A DNA stretch of 64,000 bases. Source: an uncultured bacterium. GTDB taxonomy: Bacteria > Desulfobacterota_D > UBA1144 > Nemesobacterales > UBA2774. Each line of letters begins with the position of its first letter. The stretch's first letter is position 1. A program made the position numbers and the translations under genes. Shown here piece by piece: positions 19,794-30,112 of the stretch. The notes under the pieces are model-generated. The model was not told the origin of the DNA. It searched no databases and saw only the letters and a program-made list of their open reading frames with translations. The stretch is taken from NCBI GenBank assembly GCA_963705505.1, contig CAVPJU010000006.1, forward strand, positions 416,001-480,000, read 5' to 3'.

Positions 19794-20985
19794 TCATAAT
19801 CTCCCCAACACTATCTTTCCCATGGGGACCCTGTGCGAGGCTCCCGTGACTCCCGTGAGATTCCCGGGATTCCCGGAAATAAGCTCGTTTGCCAAAATCG
19901 CAAAAGCCACAGCTTCTTTCGCATCGGACGGAATTCCGTAATCATCGGTCGTCGAGCATTTTATATCTTTAAATTCAGTTCTTAACCTATTCATCAAAAC
20001 CGGATTCCTGCATCCGCCGCCGCTAAAAATTATCTCGCCGATCTTCCACTTGCGGAATATATATTTTTCGTATGAGAATGAAATCGATCTTACGGTCAGC
20101 TCGAGGAGCGTCGCAACCAGGTCATCGAGCGAAATTTCTCCTTTTGCGATCAGATCGTGGAGCTTCCGCTGCTCTTTCCTTACCGAAGAGCTCTTCTCCC
20201 GTGGATTTGGGAGGGCTCTTAAAAAAGTAAGGGTGGGATAAAAGCTCCTTAAGGAGTTTTTTATTCACTTTGCCCTGTGATGCGTATTCGCCGTCCTTGT
20301 CGAAACCCTTCTCGCCTCCGGTAGCGATGCTTATAACCCTGTCCATAAGCATATTCCCGGGGCCCGTGTCGAACGCGATCACATCGTCCATGCTTTCCGT
20401 AACGACGGTCGCATTCGCTATCCCGCCTATATTCTGAGCTATGCGGACCTCGCCGGGCTTTTTAAACAGCAGGTAATCCGCATAAGGAACCAGCGGAGCA
20501 CCCTCGCCGCCCGCGGCTACGTCGCGGGTCCTGAAATCGCCCACGGTCGTAATCCCGGTGCGCTCGGCGATTACGTCTATCTCCCCCAACTGGAGTGTCG
20601 AGGGTATTCCATTATTATAGGACGGGGGGTTATGATAAACCGTCTGTCCGTGGGACCCTATCAAATCCACACTGTCCTTCCCTATCCCGGCCTCGCTTAT
20701 TACCGAAAGCGCCGCGTCCGCGAACGCCTCGCCGATCAGGAAATTGAGTCGAGAGACATCGCCCGGGGAGCAGACAGGCGTCAAACCGTCGAGCCTCCGC
20801 CTTATATCTTCCTCATAAGGAACGCATACGAACTTTATAACTTCGATCCGCGTGCCCGCGCCGCTGCCGAAAATTTTCACGAGGGCCGCGTCGACGCCGT
20901 CCCTTGAAGTGCCGGACATGAGACCGACGACGAGCTTTTCCTTCCTGTCAAAAAGTGATTGAAGGGTTTTGATCATATAGTGCAT
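19794..20985 (-). pseudogene. anmK: Anhydro-N-acetylmuramic acid kinase, frameshifted (probably a sequencing indel)
   Basis: GLMSGTSRDGVD, GSHGQT, GGEGAPL, NIGGIAN, DTGPGN, PPKSTG; C-terminal KEAVAFA in another frame; extra base at about 20166. Confidence 0.9.
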
Positions 20986-21040
20986 GGTGTTCAGGTTCTC
21001 TGATTTAGAAGATATTAGAGATTAGTCCGCAAAACATTTA

Positions 21041-21937
21041 TCAAGTTAATGCCTTACGTAAAAATCCGTTATTTTTCAGCAACAAATCTTTCGCTTGTCG
21101 ATACGTCAGATTCTTTTTCCCCATTACGACCGCAGCCTTTACGTCCCAGCCGGATTTCTTGAGCAGCTTGGCTGCCTTCTCCTCGTCCACACCGGCGATT
21201 TCCATTACAATCCGCTTTGCCCTGTCCCTGAGCTTCGCCGACCCGGGCTGCACATCGACCATCAGGTTCCCGTAGGTCTTTCCCAGCTTGACCATGGAAG
21301 CTGTCGTAAGCATGTTTAAAACCATCTTTGTCGCGGTGCCGGCCTTCATGCGCGTGGAACCCACGACGGCTTCGGGGCCGACGAGCACAGAAATGATAAT
21401 ATCCGCCGCGTGCTCATCCGCGGGATTGCAGGTAACGAGGACCCTGCCGCTCCCTTTTTTTTCAGCATACGAGAGGGCGCTCTCGACGAAAGGGGTCGCC
21501 GCGCTCGCGGCTATTCCCACGAGGACGTCTTTTTTACAGAGCCCTATTTTTTTAAGCTCCGCTCTCGATTCTTCGGCGGAGTCTTCTGCTCCTTCGACAG
21601 ATTTCCACACCGCTTTCCTCCCCCCGGCTATTATCGCCCGTATCATGGAAGGGTCCGTTCCGAATGTCGGGGGGCATTCCGCCGCTTCCATCACGCCAAG
21701 CCGCCCGCTCGTCCCGGCGCCGATAAAAATAAGGCGTCCTCCCCGGCTAATCCTTTCGACGATAAGGTCCACGGCCCCGGCGATATTTTCCTTTTGCTTT
21801 GCAACGGCTTCCGTGATCGTACTGTCCTCCGCTAAAATCGACTCGACTATCTCAATGGGGGAGCATTCGTCGAGGCGGAGGGTGCGCGGGTTAATTTTCT
21901 CCGTAAGGAGGTGTCCTGTCTTTCGGCTCTTTGCCAC
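21041..21937 (-). CDS. murQ: N-acetylmuramic acid 6-phosphate etherase
   Basis: LTEKINP, GAGTSGRLG, ECPPTFG, EGAED, GPE...GSTRMKAGTA.K; GTG start at 21937 chosen because the longer ORF overlaps the tRNA. Confidence 0.95.
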   Translation of the reverse strand: MAKSRKTGHLLTEKINPRTLRLDECSPIEIVESILAEDSTITEAVAKQKENIAGAVDLIVERISRGGRLIFIGAGTSGRLGVMEAAECPPTFGTDPSMIRAIIAGGRKAVWKSVEGAEDSAEESRAELKKIGLCKKDVLVGIAASAATPFVESALSYAEKKGSGRVLVTCNPADEHAADIIISVLVGPEAVVGSTRMKAGTATKMVLNMLTTASMVKLGKTYGNLMVDVQPGSAKLRDRAKRIVMEIAGVDEEKAAKLLKKSGWDVKAAVVMGKKNLTYRQAKDLLLKNNGFLRKALT

Positions 21938-21992
21938 GGGAGTAATTATATCCCGAAGAGATGAAGTTATTAATACGGCGGTAATATATTTA

Positions 21993-22021
21993 TTGACAAT
22001 CCTGCGCGCATATAATAGATT
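21993..22021 (+). promoter_or_regulatory. Sigma70-type promoter for tRNA-Gly
   Basis: TTGACA-N17-TAGATT ending 13 nt before the tRNA. Confidence 0.6.
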
Positions 22022-22033
22022 TTTCGTGTAAAA

Positions 22034-22109
22034 GCGGGTGTAGCTCAGCTGGTAGAGCATAAGCTTCCCAAGCTTAGGGTCGCGGGTTCGAATCCCGTCG
22101 CCCGCTCCA
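22034..22109 (+). tRNA. tRNA-Gly(CCC)
   Basis: 76-nt cloverleaf GCGGGTG...CGCCCGCTCCA; anticodon arm TAAGC-TTCCCAA-GCTTA; T-loop GTTCGAATC; encoded CCA. Confidence 0.97.
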
Positions 22110-23212
22110 TTGTTTTATACAACATCTCCGAATAGTTATGTAAAGGTCGCTACCGTGGGATAGGCGTTCTATTTAGAGCATGGCGTCCGAATAGGTGTCT
22201 ATAACAACCCTAAAGTCAGACTTTGAATGCTTATAGGGATTTATTGCAAATGAACTGTCAAACCCCCGGAAAGTAGCCCGCGGTCTGGCTGAAGCCGAAG
22301 GCAATAGCCACTTTCACTTGCCTTTCTTCAGTCCATCCCGCCAGGCCATAGCCTCGAGTTCGACGCGGACAGCGTCCTCTACAGGAATCACGGGCCGCGC
22401 CTGGAATTCGAAAGCAGGCCAGGTCGAACAAAATTTGTGAATGGCCAGGGGATCGTCGCAGTCAACCAACACATGCCCACCCCACTCACCGACTCGCACT
22501 ACGAACAATTCGATATTGAAATTGGCAGGCGCCTTCCATTGACTGAACACTTCGAGTATTCGCTTCTGGGCATTCTCGTACTCCGTAGGCGAACCTTGCG
22601 GGCGTTCGAACCAGCTGATCATGTACTTCATCGGCATCCTCCTTTATTGTGTTGATGTCATCGGAACGATAGCCGTTCGGACGGGCTAACTACGAAATAT
22701 ACTGCAAAAACTACTATCCTAACTTATGGTACACACAATAAAATAAATCCATTTTATGCATAAACCTTTTCTATTCCTACTATCTCAAAAAAATAACCTC
22801 GTGTCAAGACCAATTCTCTGACCCGTCACCTTCTTGCGAGTCACTGTTTGCCCCGAGGACGATAGAAATGATTTGCAAACATTTGACCTTTGCCCGGAGG
22901 AGCTTTTAGAGTCTGTTTTAAAACTCGACATATCGAGCAAGCCTTCGTGACATAAGTTTTATCATAGCGGTATTAACGACTAGGTCGGAAATCATGGTTT
23001 ATTATAATCTTTGATAGAAAGAGTGTTTATGTCGAACAGGTGTCCGTATGTTATGAATTTTCACCCTAAGGTACAGATTGGTATGGGCTAGTTAAAATTT
23101 CGTAACATATTGTGGTTATATTTTCTATACTACTGAGTACCAATCAGTAAAACTATCAAAACCCCTTCCCAAGCTTAGGGTCGCGGGTTCGAATCCCGTC
23201 GCCCGCTCCATT
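22064..23212. mobile_element. Integrase-less mini-island in tRNA-Gly bounded by a 48-bp direct repeat (att sites)
   Basis: CTTCCCAAGCTTAGGGTCGCGGGTTCGAATCCCGTCGCCCGCTCCATT is identical at 22064-22111 and 23165-23212. Confidence 0.88.
22314..22637 (-). CDS. DUF3303-like protein (island cargo)
   Basis: MKYMISW...W..P.......GG..LV..DD......F...W..F.F..RPV pattern; AAGGAGG RBS. Confidence 0.7.
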   Translation of the reverse strand: MPMKYMISWFERPQGSPTEYENAQKRILEVFSQWKAPANFNIELFVVRVGEWGGHVLVDCDDPLAIHKFCSTWPAFEFQARPVIPVEDAVRVELEAMAWRDGLKKGK

Positions 23213-23266
23213 CAAAACAATTAACTGATAAAAAACAGGATTCGAACCCGCTCGGACAATAGAACG

Positions 23267-24346
23267 CTAGTTCGTGGATGAAACGTCTTTTCCCGATTGG
23301 CCGGCTTTTTCCTGCTCGATAAAGTACTTCACGGCGGCGCGCACGAACCTGCTCCTTTCGGCTTCGCCCAGGATACCCTTTAAGCTGTCATACACGCTGG
23401 GGTCGATCAGAAGCGCCCCGAGAGTGCCTTCCCCTCCCTTGAGCATCTCCGATATCTCTTTAAAATTCGACATGGTCTCTTTGAGATCGGTAATCACGCC
23501 GTTGTCGCCGTTCAGATTAGCCGTCGCAGTTTTCAAATTCGCCACGGTGGAGTTTATATCGTTCGTAAGGTTTTTATTGTAAACAAGGTCATGGAGTGTG
23601 CCGTCACCTTCGTTAATCTGGTCAATCATTTTGTCCAATTTCGTAACGGCCTTGTTGAGCTTAATGATAGCGTTCTCTTCCGATTTTCCGGACTTGCTCT
23701 TTTCACCGTAGATCATCGTATTCAGGATTCCGTTATTTTTCTCTATGGCTTCGATGTTCTTTTGAATAGCCTCGGAACTCGCCCTTATGGAGGCGATGGT
23801 TTTACTGATATTGGTTATATTCTCCTTCTCCCCGAAGGCTTTCACGATTTTGTCCAGGCTTTCGGAGATGCTTATAATGTTAGCCAGCAAATCCCCCGAC
23901 TGGCCGATTATACTCGCAAATTCGACCGGGGTCTGGCTCTCTATCTCCATGGATTCAGGGATCCGGGCAAGCGGCATTTGAACTCCGGGAATTATTTCTA
24001 TGTATTTATCCCCTAAAAGCCCCTCGGTCCTTATAGTAGCTTTTGCGTCGGGATTAATTCTGCTCATTCCGTCTTTGGTGACCTTCATCGTAACCGTTAT
24101 TATTTTATCGCCAACCGGCTTCGGGGAGAATTCTATATCGATGACCTCGCCTATCCTTACACCCGAGAGCCTTACGGCTGCCCCCTTTATCAGACCCGCG
24201 GTGTTCGTAAAGGACGTGGTGATCGTATAACTCTTCTCAAAAAACCGCCGTTCCCCGGACAGAAAAAATATGATCAAAATCAATACGCTTAGAGTTATTA
24301 ATACGAACAGGCCGACTCTAAAATTCAGAACCCTCTGATTTCTCAT
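23267..24346 (-). CDS. MlaD/MCE family protein
   Basis: N-terminal TM (RVGLFV), GL..GA.V.LSGV.IG.V, TEGLLGDKYIEI.PG, coiled-coil C-terminus with G.GTLG.L..D. Confidence 0.9.
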   Translation of the reverse strand: MRNQRVLNFRVGLFVLITLSVLILIIFFLSGERRFFEKSYTITTSFTNTAGLIKGAAVRLSGVRIGEVIDIEFSPKPVGDKIITVTMKVTKDGMSRINPDAKATIRTEGLLGDKYIEIIPGVQMPLARIPESMEIESQTPVEFASIIGQSGDLLANIISISESLDKIVKAFGEKENITNISKTIASIRASSEAIQKNIEAIEKNNGILNTMIYGEKSKSGKSEENAIIKLNKAVTKLDKMIDQINEGDGTLHDLVYNKNLTNDINSTVANLKTATANLNGDNGVITDLKETMSNFKEISEMLKGGEGTLGALLIDPSVYDSLKGILGEAERSRFVRAAVKYFIEQEKAGQSGKDVSSTN

Positions 24347-24654
24347 GAAACCGATCTCCCGAGAATTAAATTAACACTATTAAAGATGCCGATAATATTG
24401 AATAAATATTAAACCCAATTATGTCGAATGGTAAGATTATACGTAAGATTAATAAAATTCTCAAAACATTAGGGAATTGGTAATCCGCGCCGCCGATCGT
24501 AGTTTGACCGTTTGATGCCCGTCTATTGGAATTTCCAAGCGTTCCGCTACAATATTACTTTCACCGGAGCTCGGGTAAAAATTACTTTCCAAACATCGCC
24601 GATGACTTTAGGGAACAGACTGTCCGATAATCTTATCCGGGAAGGAGTGCAAAT

Positions 24655-26217
24655 ATGAACAAAATACACAGAGCCATCATAAGCGTTTCCGATAAAGAGG
24701 GCATAAGCAATTTCGCGAAGGGCCTCAGGGAATTCGATATAGAGATACTATCGACGGGCGGTACGGCAAAACGTCTCAGGGACGGGGGGATAGAAGTGAC
24801 GGAGATATCCGAGTTTACGGGGTCTCCTGAAATCCTGGGCGGCAGGGTAAAAACACTGCACCCCAAGATCCACGGCGGAATTCTCGGGCTCAGGGACGAT
24901 GAGGCCCATGTTAAACAGATGAAAGAGAACGGGATTGAGCCGATCGAGCTCATCGTAGTCAACCTGTACCCGTTTGAGGATGTAATTAAAAAAGAAGACG
25001 TGGACCTCAGCGAGGCGATTGAAAATATAGACATCGGCGGTCCTACGCTTCTGAGGGCCGCTGCAAAGAACTACAAGTTTGTCACTATCCTAACTCACCC
25101 GGAAGACTATAAAGACCTTCTGAAGGAGCTGAAGAAGAATAAAGGCGCCGTATCGCCCGAGACGAATTTCAGGCTCGCCGTTAAAGCGTTCTCCTACGTA
25201 GCCCGTTACGACGCTGCGATCTCGAACTACCTGGGGGCGCTCGAGAAGGACGGCGGGAAAAATAAATTCCCGGCGACCATAACCATGCACCTCGAAAAGA
25301 AGATGAAGCTCAGGTACGGGGAAAATCCTCACCAGGAAGGGGCCTTCTACGTCCTTCCCGAAATTAACGAGCCCTGCATCTCGAATTCGGATCAGCTGCA
25401 GGGAAAGGAGCTTTCGCTCAATAATATATACGACACGGATGCGGCGCTCGAAGCGGTAAAAGACTTTTCAGAGACGGCGTGCGTTATTGTGAAGCATAAC
25501 AACCCCTGCGGAGTCGCGACCGACGAGAGTGTGATGGGGGCGTTCCTCAAAGCCAAAGCGTGCGACCCGGTCAGTGCATTCGGCGGCATAGTCGCTTTCA
25601 ATAAGGAAGTGGACGAGGTCACTGCTTCTGAGCTCGCCAACATGTTCCTCGAAGTGGTAATTGCGCCCGGCTATTCCGAAAAAGCCCTCGAAGTGCTCTC
25701 GAGCAAGGGGAATTTGCGGGTAATGAAGACCGCTCCCCTCATAAATAGCGCAAGGCCGGGTCTCGATTTCAAAAAGGTAGCCGGAGGGGCCCTGATTCAG
25801 GACAGGGACACGGGCATAAACGATGACTTCAGGGATATGAAGGTTGAGACCAAGCGCCAGCCCACTGATGAAGAGCTCGAGGCGCTGAAATTCGCCTGGA
25901 AGGTATGCAAGCATGTAAAATCCAATGCCATAGTCTTCGCCGGAGACGGGCAGACAGTCGGCATCGGGGCGGGACAGATGAGCAGGGTGGATTCAGTTAA
26001 AATCGCGACGTTTAAAGCGGTGCTGCCGACAAAGGGGACGGTAATGGCTTCAGACGCCTTTTTCCCGTTCAGGGACGGTATAGACGAAGCGGCAAAAGCG
26101 GGAATCACCGCCATCGTGCAGCCCGGGGGCTCGATAAGGGATAAAGAGATAATCGCCGCTGCGGACGAGCACGGCATGGCTATGGTATTCACAGGGGTGA
26201 GGCATTTCAAGCACTGA
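24655..26217 (+). CDS. purH: Bifunctional AICAR transformylase/IMP cyclohydrolase
   Basis: ISVSDK, STGGT, GRVKTLHP, IDIGGP, RYGENPHQ, ASDAFFPF, RHFKH. Confidence 0.98.
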   Translation: MNKIHRAIISVSDKEGISNFAKGLREFDIEILSTGGTAKRLRDGGIEVTEISEFTGSPEILGGRVKTLHPKIHGGILGLRDDEAHVKQMKENGIEPIELIVVNLYPFEDVIKKEDVDLSEAIENIDIGGPTLLRAAAKNYKFVTILTHPEDYKDLLKELKKNKGAVSPETNFRLAVKAFSYVARYDAAISNYLGALEKDGGKNKFPATITMHLEKKMKLRYGENPHQEGAFYVLPEINEPCISNSDQLQGKELSLNNIYDTDAALEAVKDFSETACVIVKHNNPCGVATDESVMGAFLKAKACDPVSAFGGIVAFNKEVDEVTASELANMFLEVVIAPGYSEKALEVLSSKGNLRVMKTAPLINSARPGLDFKKVAGGALIQDRDTGINDDFRDMKVETKRQPTDEELEALKFAWKVCKHVKSNAIVFAGDGQTVGIGAGQMSRVDSVKIATFKAVLPTKGTVMASDAFFPFRDGIDEAAKAGITAIVQPGGSIRDKEIIAAADEHGMAMVFTGVRHFKH

Positions 26218-26416
26218 TATGGACCCTCTCGTTTTATATACCCACCAAAGCCCATAAGGCTTCAACTCCGAGGGAACAGCTTGCGCTTATCCGTCGTTAA
26301 ATCTATATATGATCTCAGGCTTTGAATGCGGGGATACCCGATTTTAGATCCGGCTTACTTAAATACACATCTAACATTTTGACGCTAATTATCATCTGTT
26401 CTATACTAGGTTAAAA

Positions 26417-27004
26417 ATGAAAGTAACTGTGTTTTATGATTATATCTGCCCCTTCTGCTATATAGCTTCTAAAAATCTCGAGACGCTTTCCGGTGAGTTC
26501 GATCTGGATATCGATTGGAAAGGCATAGAGATTCACCCGGAATACCCCGCCGCCGGAGAAAAAAGCTCCGGGTCTCTTAGGTCATTGAAAGCGGGACAAA
26601 TAATTAAACAAACCGCGGAAGAAAGCGGGATCCAGATTACCCTTCCCGGGTTCAGGACAAACTCGAGGCTGAGCCTCGAAGCTTCGGAATTTGCCAAAAC
26701 CAGAGACCTATTTAAAGGTATTCATAAAGCGATTTATGAAGCCTATTTCCTGAAGAGAAAGAATATAGGTGATGTAAGGATAATCCTGGAAATAGGAGAA
26801 ACAGCGGGAATCGACAGGGCTCTACTCGAAGAATCCATAAATCAGAGATCGATGTTTCATAAAATTGAGGAAAACAAAAAGGCCGCCCGGGGATTTCAGG
26901 TATTAGGAGTCCCTACCCTTATTTTAGGAAATTTCCCCGTTCACGGAAATCAGTCGCTTGAAACATTGAGGCATATGATCAGAAGGGCCATTGAAAGGTC
27001 TTAG
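26417..27004 (+). CDS. DsbA/FrnE-family thioredoxin-fold protein
   Basis: YDYICPFCY and GVPT (cis-Pro loop). Confidence 0.88.
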   Translation: MKVTVFYDYICPFCYIASKNLETLSGEFDLDIDWKGIEIHPEYPAAGEKSSGSLRSLKAGQIIKQTAEESGIQITLPGFRTNSRLSLEASEFAKTRDLFKGIHKAIYEAYFLKRKNIGDVRIILEIGETAGIDRALLEESINQRSMFHKIEENKKAARGFQVLGVPTLILGNFPVHGNQSLETLRHMIRRAIERS

Positions 27005-27052
27005 CCAGGGCTCACCCACCCCCCCAAGCCAAGCGCGATAAAATATCATTCT

Positions 27053-27103
27053 AAAATAAAAAGCCCCTCCCCCCGCAATCGCAAGGGAAGGGGCTTATTT
27101 TTT
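27053..27103. terminator. Bidirectional intrinsic terminator
   Basis: A-tract, AAGCCCCTCCC...GGGAAGGGGCTT, T-tract, between convergent genes. Confidence 0.75.
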
Positions 27104-27154
27104 ATCACATCGAAGAGAGAAGGCTCTGAAGCCTCAACTGCGATGCATTAATTT

Positions 27155-28752
27155 CTATTTAAAGAACTGATCGATGAAGATCATCAATCTGCCCTGTACA
27201 GTCCACGGTGTAGAATTGTAATTTACATTATCCGGGGCTATATCGTTTGCACCCAACGTGTTGAGAGCCTGCTGCGTGAGCAAGTCATCCAAGCTGCTGC
27301 CCGGGAATACTACGCCGCCGATAAGGTCCAGATTAACACCGGGGTACATATGCCACGTAAGCGTGCCTTCAACCTCCGTAGCCATGTATGTGCCCAAGTT
27401 AAGACCGGTATAGTCACTGCCGCCTATTGCAGCCGCGCTGGGGTTATGCGTTTCATTGTTGAAAGCTACGAGCACCTGAGGAGTAAAGGAGATCTCGTCG
27501 ATCAGCTTAACCGTACCCCAAGCCCTGGCATAGTACGCGTTGTATACGCTGCTCTCTACCTGGTAGATGTTCGGAATCATGTTCTTGAAAAGAAGGTTGT
27601 CGATATTGTAGGCAGGGTTAAAGAATATCGCACCACCGTTAACACTGCTCGATGCCCCATTATCGCCCGCTGCCCATCCGAACTCAGCCGCGATCAATTT
27701 CATCGGCCAGCCCGGATAAACTTCGGCTCTTGCAGCCCAGATGATGTTTCCTGCACTGAGGTCAATACTGCCACCACCGAGAGAAGCCGGTAAATCGATT
27801 GTACCCCAGGCTCCCTGAAGCTCACCAACTAATCTCCAAAGATCGGTCTTATAATCGATCAAACCGGAATAAAGGGTTAAACGGCTAAGGTCTATACCGA
27901 TGTTGCTGCGGCCCGGCATTCGGCGGACACTCCAGGGTCGGCACCACTAGTCGGAACACTTCCGAGTATGTTGTTCTGATGGATGTACGGGAATATATAA
28001 CCGCCAATCGTTAAGTTACCACCCCCAACGTTCGGGTTGTTGAAAATAAGAGCCGCTGCGGCTACGTCGTATCCGTTGCCCTGGGCAGTAACTACGCTGT
28101 TACCCTGTGTGAATATATCCGATACCAACACGAAGGTAATAGACGAAGACCCGGCAGCGAAAGACTTAAGATAGAGGAACCTGTCAACTACGAAACCGAG
28201 GTCGGAATAAGGATCCCAACCGCCGTTCGCAAGAATTCCGAGACCCCAGTCAAAAGGCTGACGGCCAACCCTGATGAACCCGAGGTTATGCGGCAGAACT
28301 ATATCCGCATGTAACATCCTGACATCAAAAAATCCGGGGTCGTCTATAGCCCTTGGACCGGTCAGGATAGCGCCTCTGAACCTGTCACTGAAAGATATGC
28401 TGGAATTTACAACAGTGTTGCCTCCTCCAAGGAACCCTGTTGTCGCTCCTCCCCAAATATTGTTGTCAAACACGTTGAGCTGCGCTCTGATCGTGACTGC
28501 GTCGCTGAGCACCAGCTGAGGAGTTAAACGCAGAGTGGTATCCATAAAAAAGATTTGGTCATCGGCGTTGGAATATCCCAGTTGCTGAGCATTGGTGTCG
28601 CTCAATGCGGATATAAAGGTTGCGTGATCAATAAAACGCGCTCTTGTACGCATGTAACTCGGGAATCCGCCCAAGCTGAGTTCAACAGCGAATGAAGGTG
28701 CGGCTATACAAAGAGCCAATAAAAACATAACAAGCCATTTGGCTTTACTCAT
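27155..28752 (-). pseudogene. Outer-membrane beta-barrel protein (TIGR04551-like), split by a frameshift at about 27910-27925
   Basis: Signal peptide; GRQPFDWGLGILANGG...DRF motif; amphipathic beta strands; two overlapping ORFs; strong RBS AAGGAGG. Confidence 0.7.
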
Positions 28753-28794
28753 CTCTCCTTACCTCCTTTGATTTAGTTTTAAAGTTCTGACCTT

Positions 28795-28823
28795 ACTTTA
28801 TATAAATTACATCTTTTTGTCAA
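28795..28823 (-). promoter_or_regulatory. Sigma70 promoter for the beta-barrel gene
   Basis: Minus strand TTGACA-N17-TAAAGT. Confidence 0.65.
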
Positions 28824-29004
28824 GAGGTTTTTTTGCCGCCTTACGTAACCCTCTCGACTCTTCTCTCCGATTTACACATTCTAACACTCTTTGTTTAAAA
28901 AATCCAGTTCTAATTTGAAAAAAATGTAAAAATTCTCTAAATCCCACGCACCAATTGTACACCATTTTTAATGTATAAAATACGCTGTGAAAAAAGAACC
29001 GAAC

Positions 29005-29048
29005 CTAAACGCAGTCTTAACGGTAAATTGATATCATATTAACAATAG
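29005..29048 (+). promoter_or_regulatory. Putative Pho box array upstream of the metallophosphoesterase
   Basis: CTAAAC/CTTAAC/ATTGAT/ATTAAC at exact 11-bp period (29005, 29016, 29027, 29038). Confidence 0.6.
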
Positions 29049-29059
29049 AACCCTATATT

Positions 29060-29797
29060 ATGGATAATATGAAAATTCTAATAATATCAGATATCCACGC
29101 AAACTGGCAGGCGCTTCAGGCCGTGCTTGCCAAGGAGAGTTACGACGCGCTTATCTTCCTGGGCGATGTAGTCGATTTCGGCCCGGACCCGAAAAACTGC
29201 GTCAATTTCCTGATCAAATCCTCAAAAGCGCGTTTTTGGGGTGTAAGGGGGGACCATGACCACGCGCTTGCTTTCGGGTCGAACAGCAACTGCGCCGAGG
29301 AGCTGAAGAAGATCTCAAATATCACGAGGGAATGGGGGGAGTGCTTTCTCACGGGCGAGGAGGTAGGGTTCCTGAGAAGACTGCCGCTCGACAGGGATTT
29401 TTCGATCGACGGGCTTGAATTCGAGCTGGCGCACGGCTCTGACCCTTATTCCTGTATTCTTTATAATTTCGTCCGGGGCGTTGAGGAACCGAATACCGAA
29501 ACGCTTGAGCGCTTAGATGCTGAGGAAAAGCGAAAATTTATCCTTGTCGGACATTCTCATAAACCGTTTATAAAAATTATGGGGAATACGACGATACTCA
29601 ATCCCGGCTCCGTAGGGCAGCCTCGGGACCACGACCCGAGAGCCTCCTACGCGGTAATCGAGAACGGCGAGGCTTCGATCAGGCGGGCGGGGTACGACAT
29701 CGAGAAAACGGTCAAGGACCTGGAAAGGAGCGGAATGCCCTATGAAGTAAGGGGCAGGCTTATATCGATGCTCGTTTCAGGATCCCTCGTGAATTAA
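29060..29797 (+). CDS. Metallophosphoesterase (YfcE/calcineurin-like family)
   Basis: SDIHAN, LGDVVD.GP, RGDHD, AHGS, GHSH.P, NPGSVGQPRD. Confidence 0.92.
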   Translation: MDNMKILIISDIHANWQALQAVLAKESYDALIFLGDVVDFGPDPKNCVNFLIKSSKARFWGVRGDHDHALAFGSNSNCAEELKKISNITREWGECFLTGEEVGFLRRLPLDRDFSIDGLEFELAHGSDPYSCILYNFVRGVEEPNTETLERLDAEEKRKFILVGHSHKPFIKIMGNTTILNPGSVGQPRDHDPRASYAVIENGEASIRRAGYDIEKTVKDLERSGMPYEVRGRLISMLVSGSLVN

Positions 29798-29992
29798 TTT
29801 TGTTTACTTCAAATACATAGAGTAAAACCCTCTAACCGCATTCCCTTTCCCGATTATAATAAAACCTGCTTCCACGAACGCCTGCCCCGGAATTAATCCC
29901 TTCGTATTTACATGCTCAAATCTAACCGCTCAAAGCTGAATATTCGGGGTGGATTCGGATTTTCCCTTCGGGATTTTTCATCCGATATAAAA

Positions 29993-30031
29993 GAAACCCG
30001 GCACAAGAGGCCGTCTCTTGTGCCGGGTTTC
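29993..30031 (-). terminator. Intrinsic terminator after the porin gene
   Basis: Perfect 17-bp stem GAAACCCGGCACAAGAG / CTCTTGTGCCGGGTTTC followed by TTTT on the minus strand. Confidence 0.75.
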
Positions 30032-30112
30032 GGAGGTTTCGGAGCCAGAATGAAAAAGGGAGATGAATCTATTTTTTCTTGCTCTTTTTATACAAGCCGG
30101 GCTCCGATCAAA

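Noticed and set aside
21938..22060. Longer murQ start at 22060
   Set aside because: It overlaps tRNA-Gly and its promoter on the opposite strand; homology begins near 21937
22190..22313. Integron attC site after the DUF3303-like gene
   Set aside because: No convincing RYYYAAC...GTTRRRY pairing with L boxes; no integron integrase
23165..23212. Second tRNA-Gly gene
   Set aside because: Only the 3' half is present, with no D-arm or 5' acceptor strand; it is an att repeat
24347..24654. ZTP (pfl) riboswitch upstream of purH
   Set aside because: I could not find the conserved GACTGGCG...GTGGG..CCAC.GGG and CGCCTGGG elements
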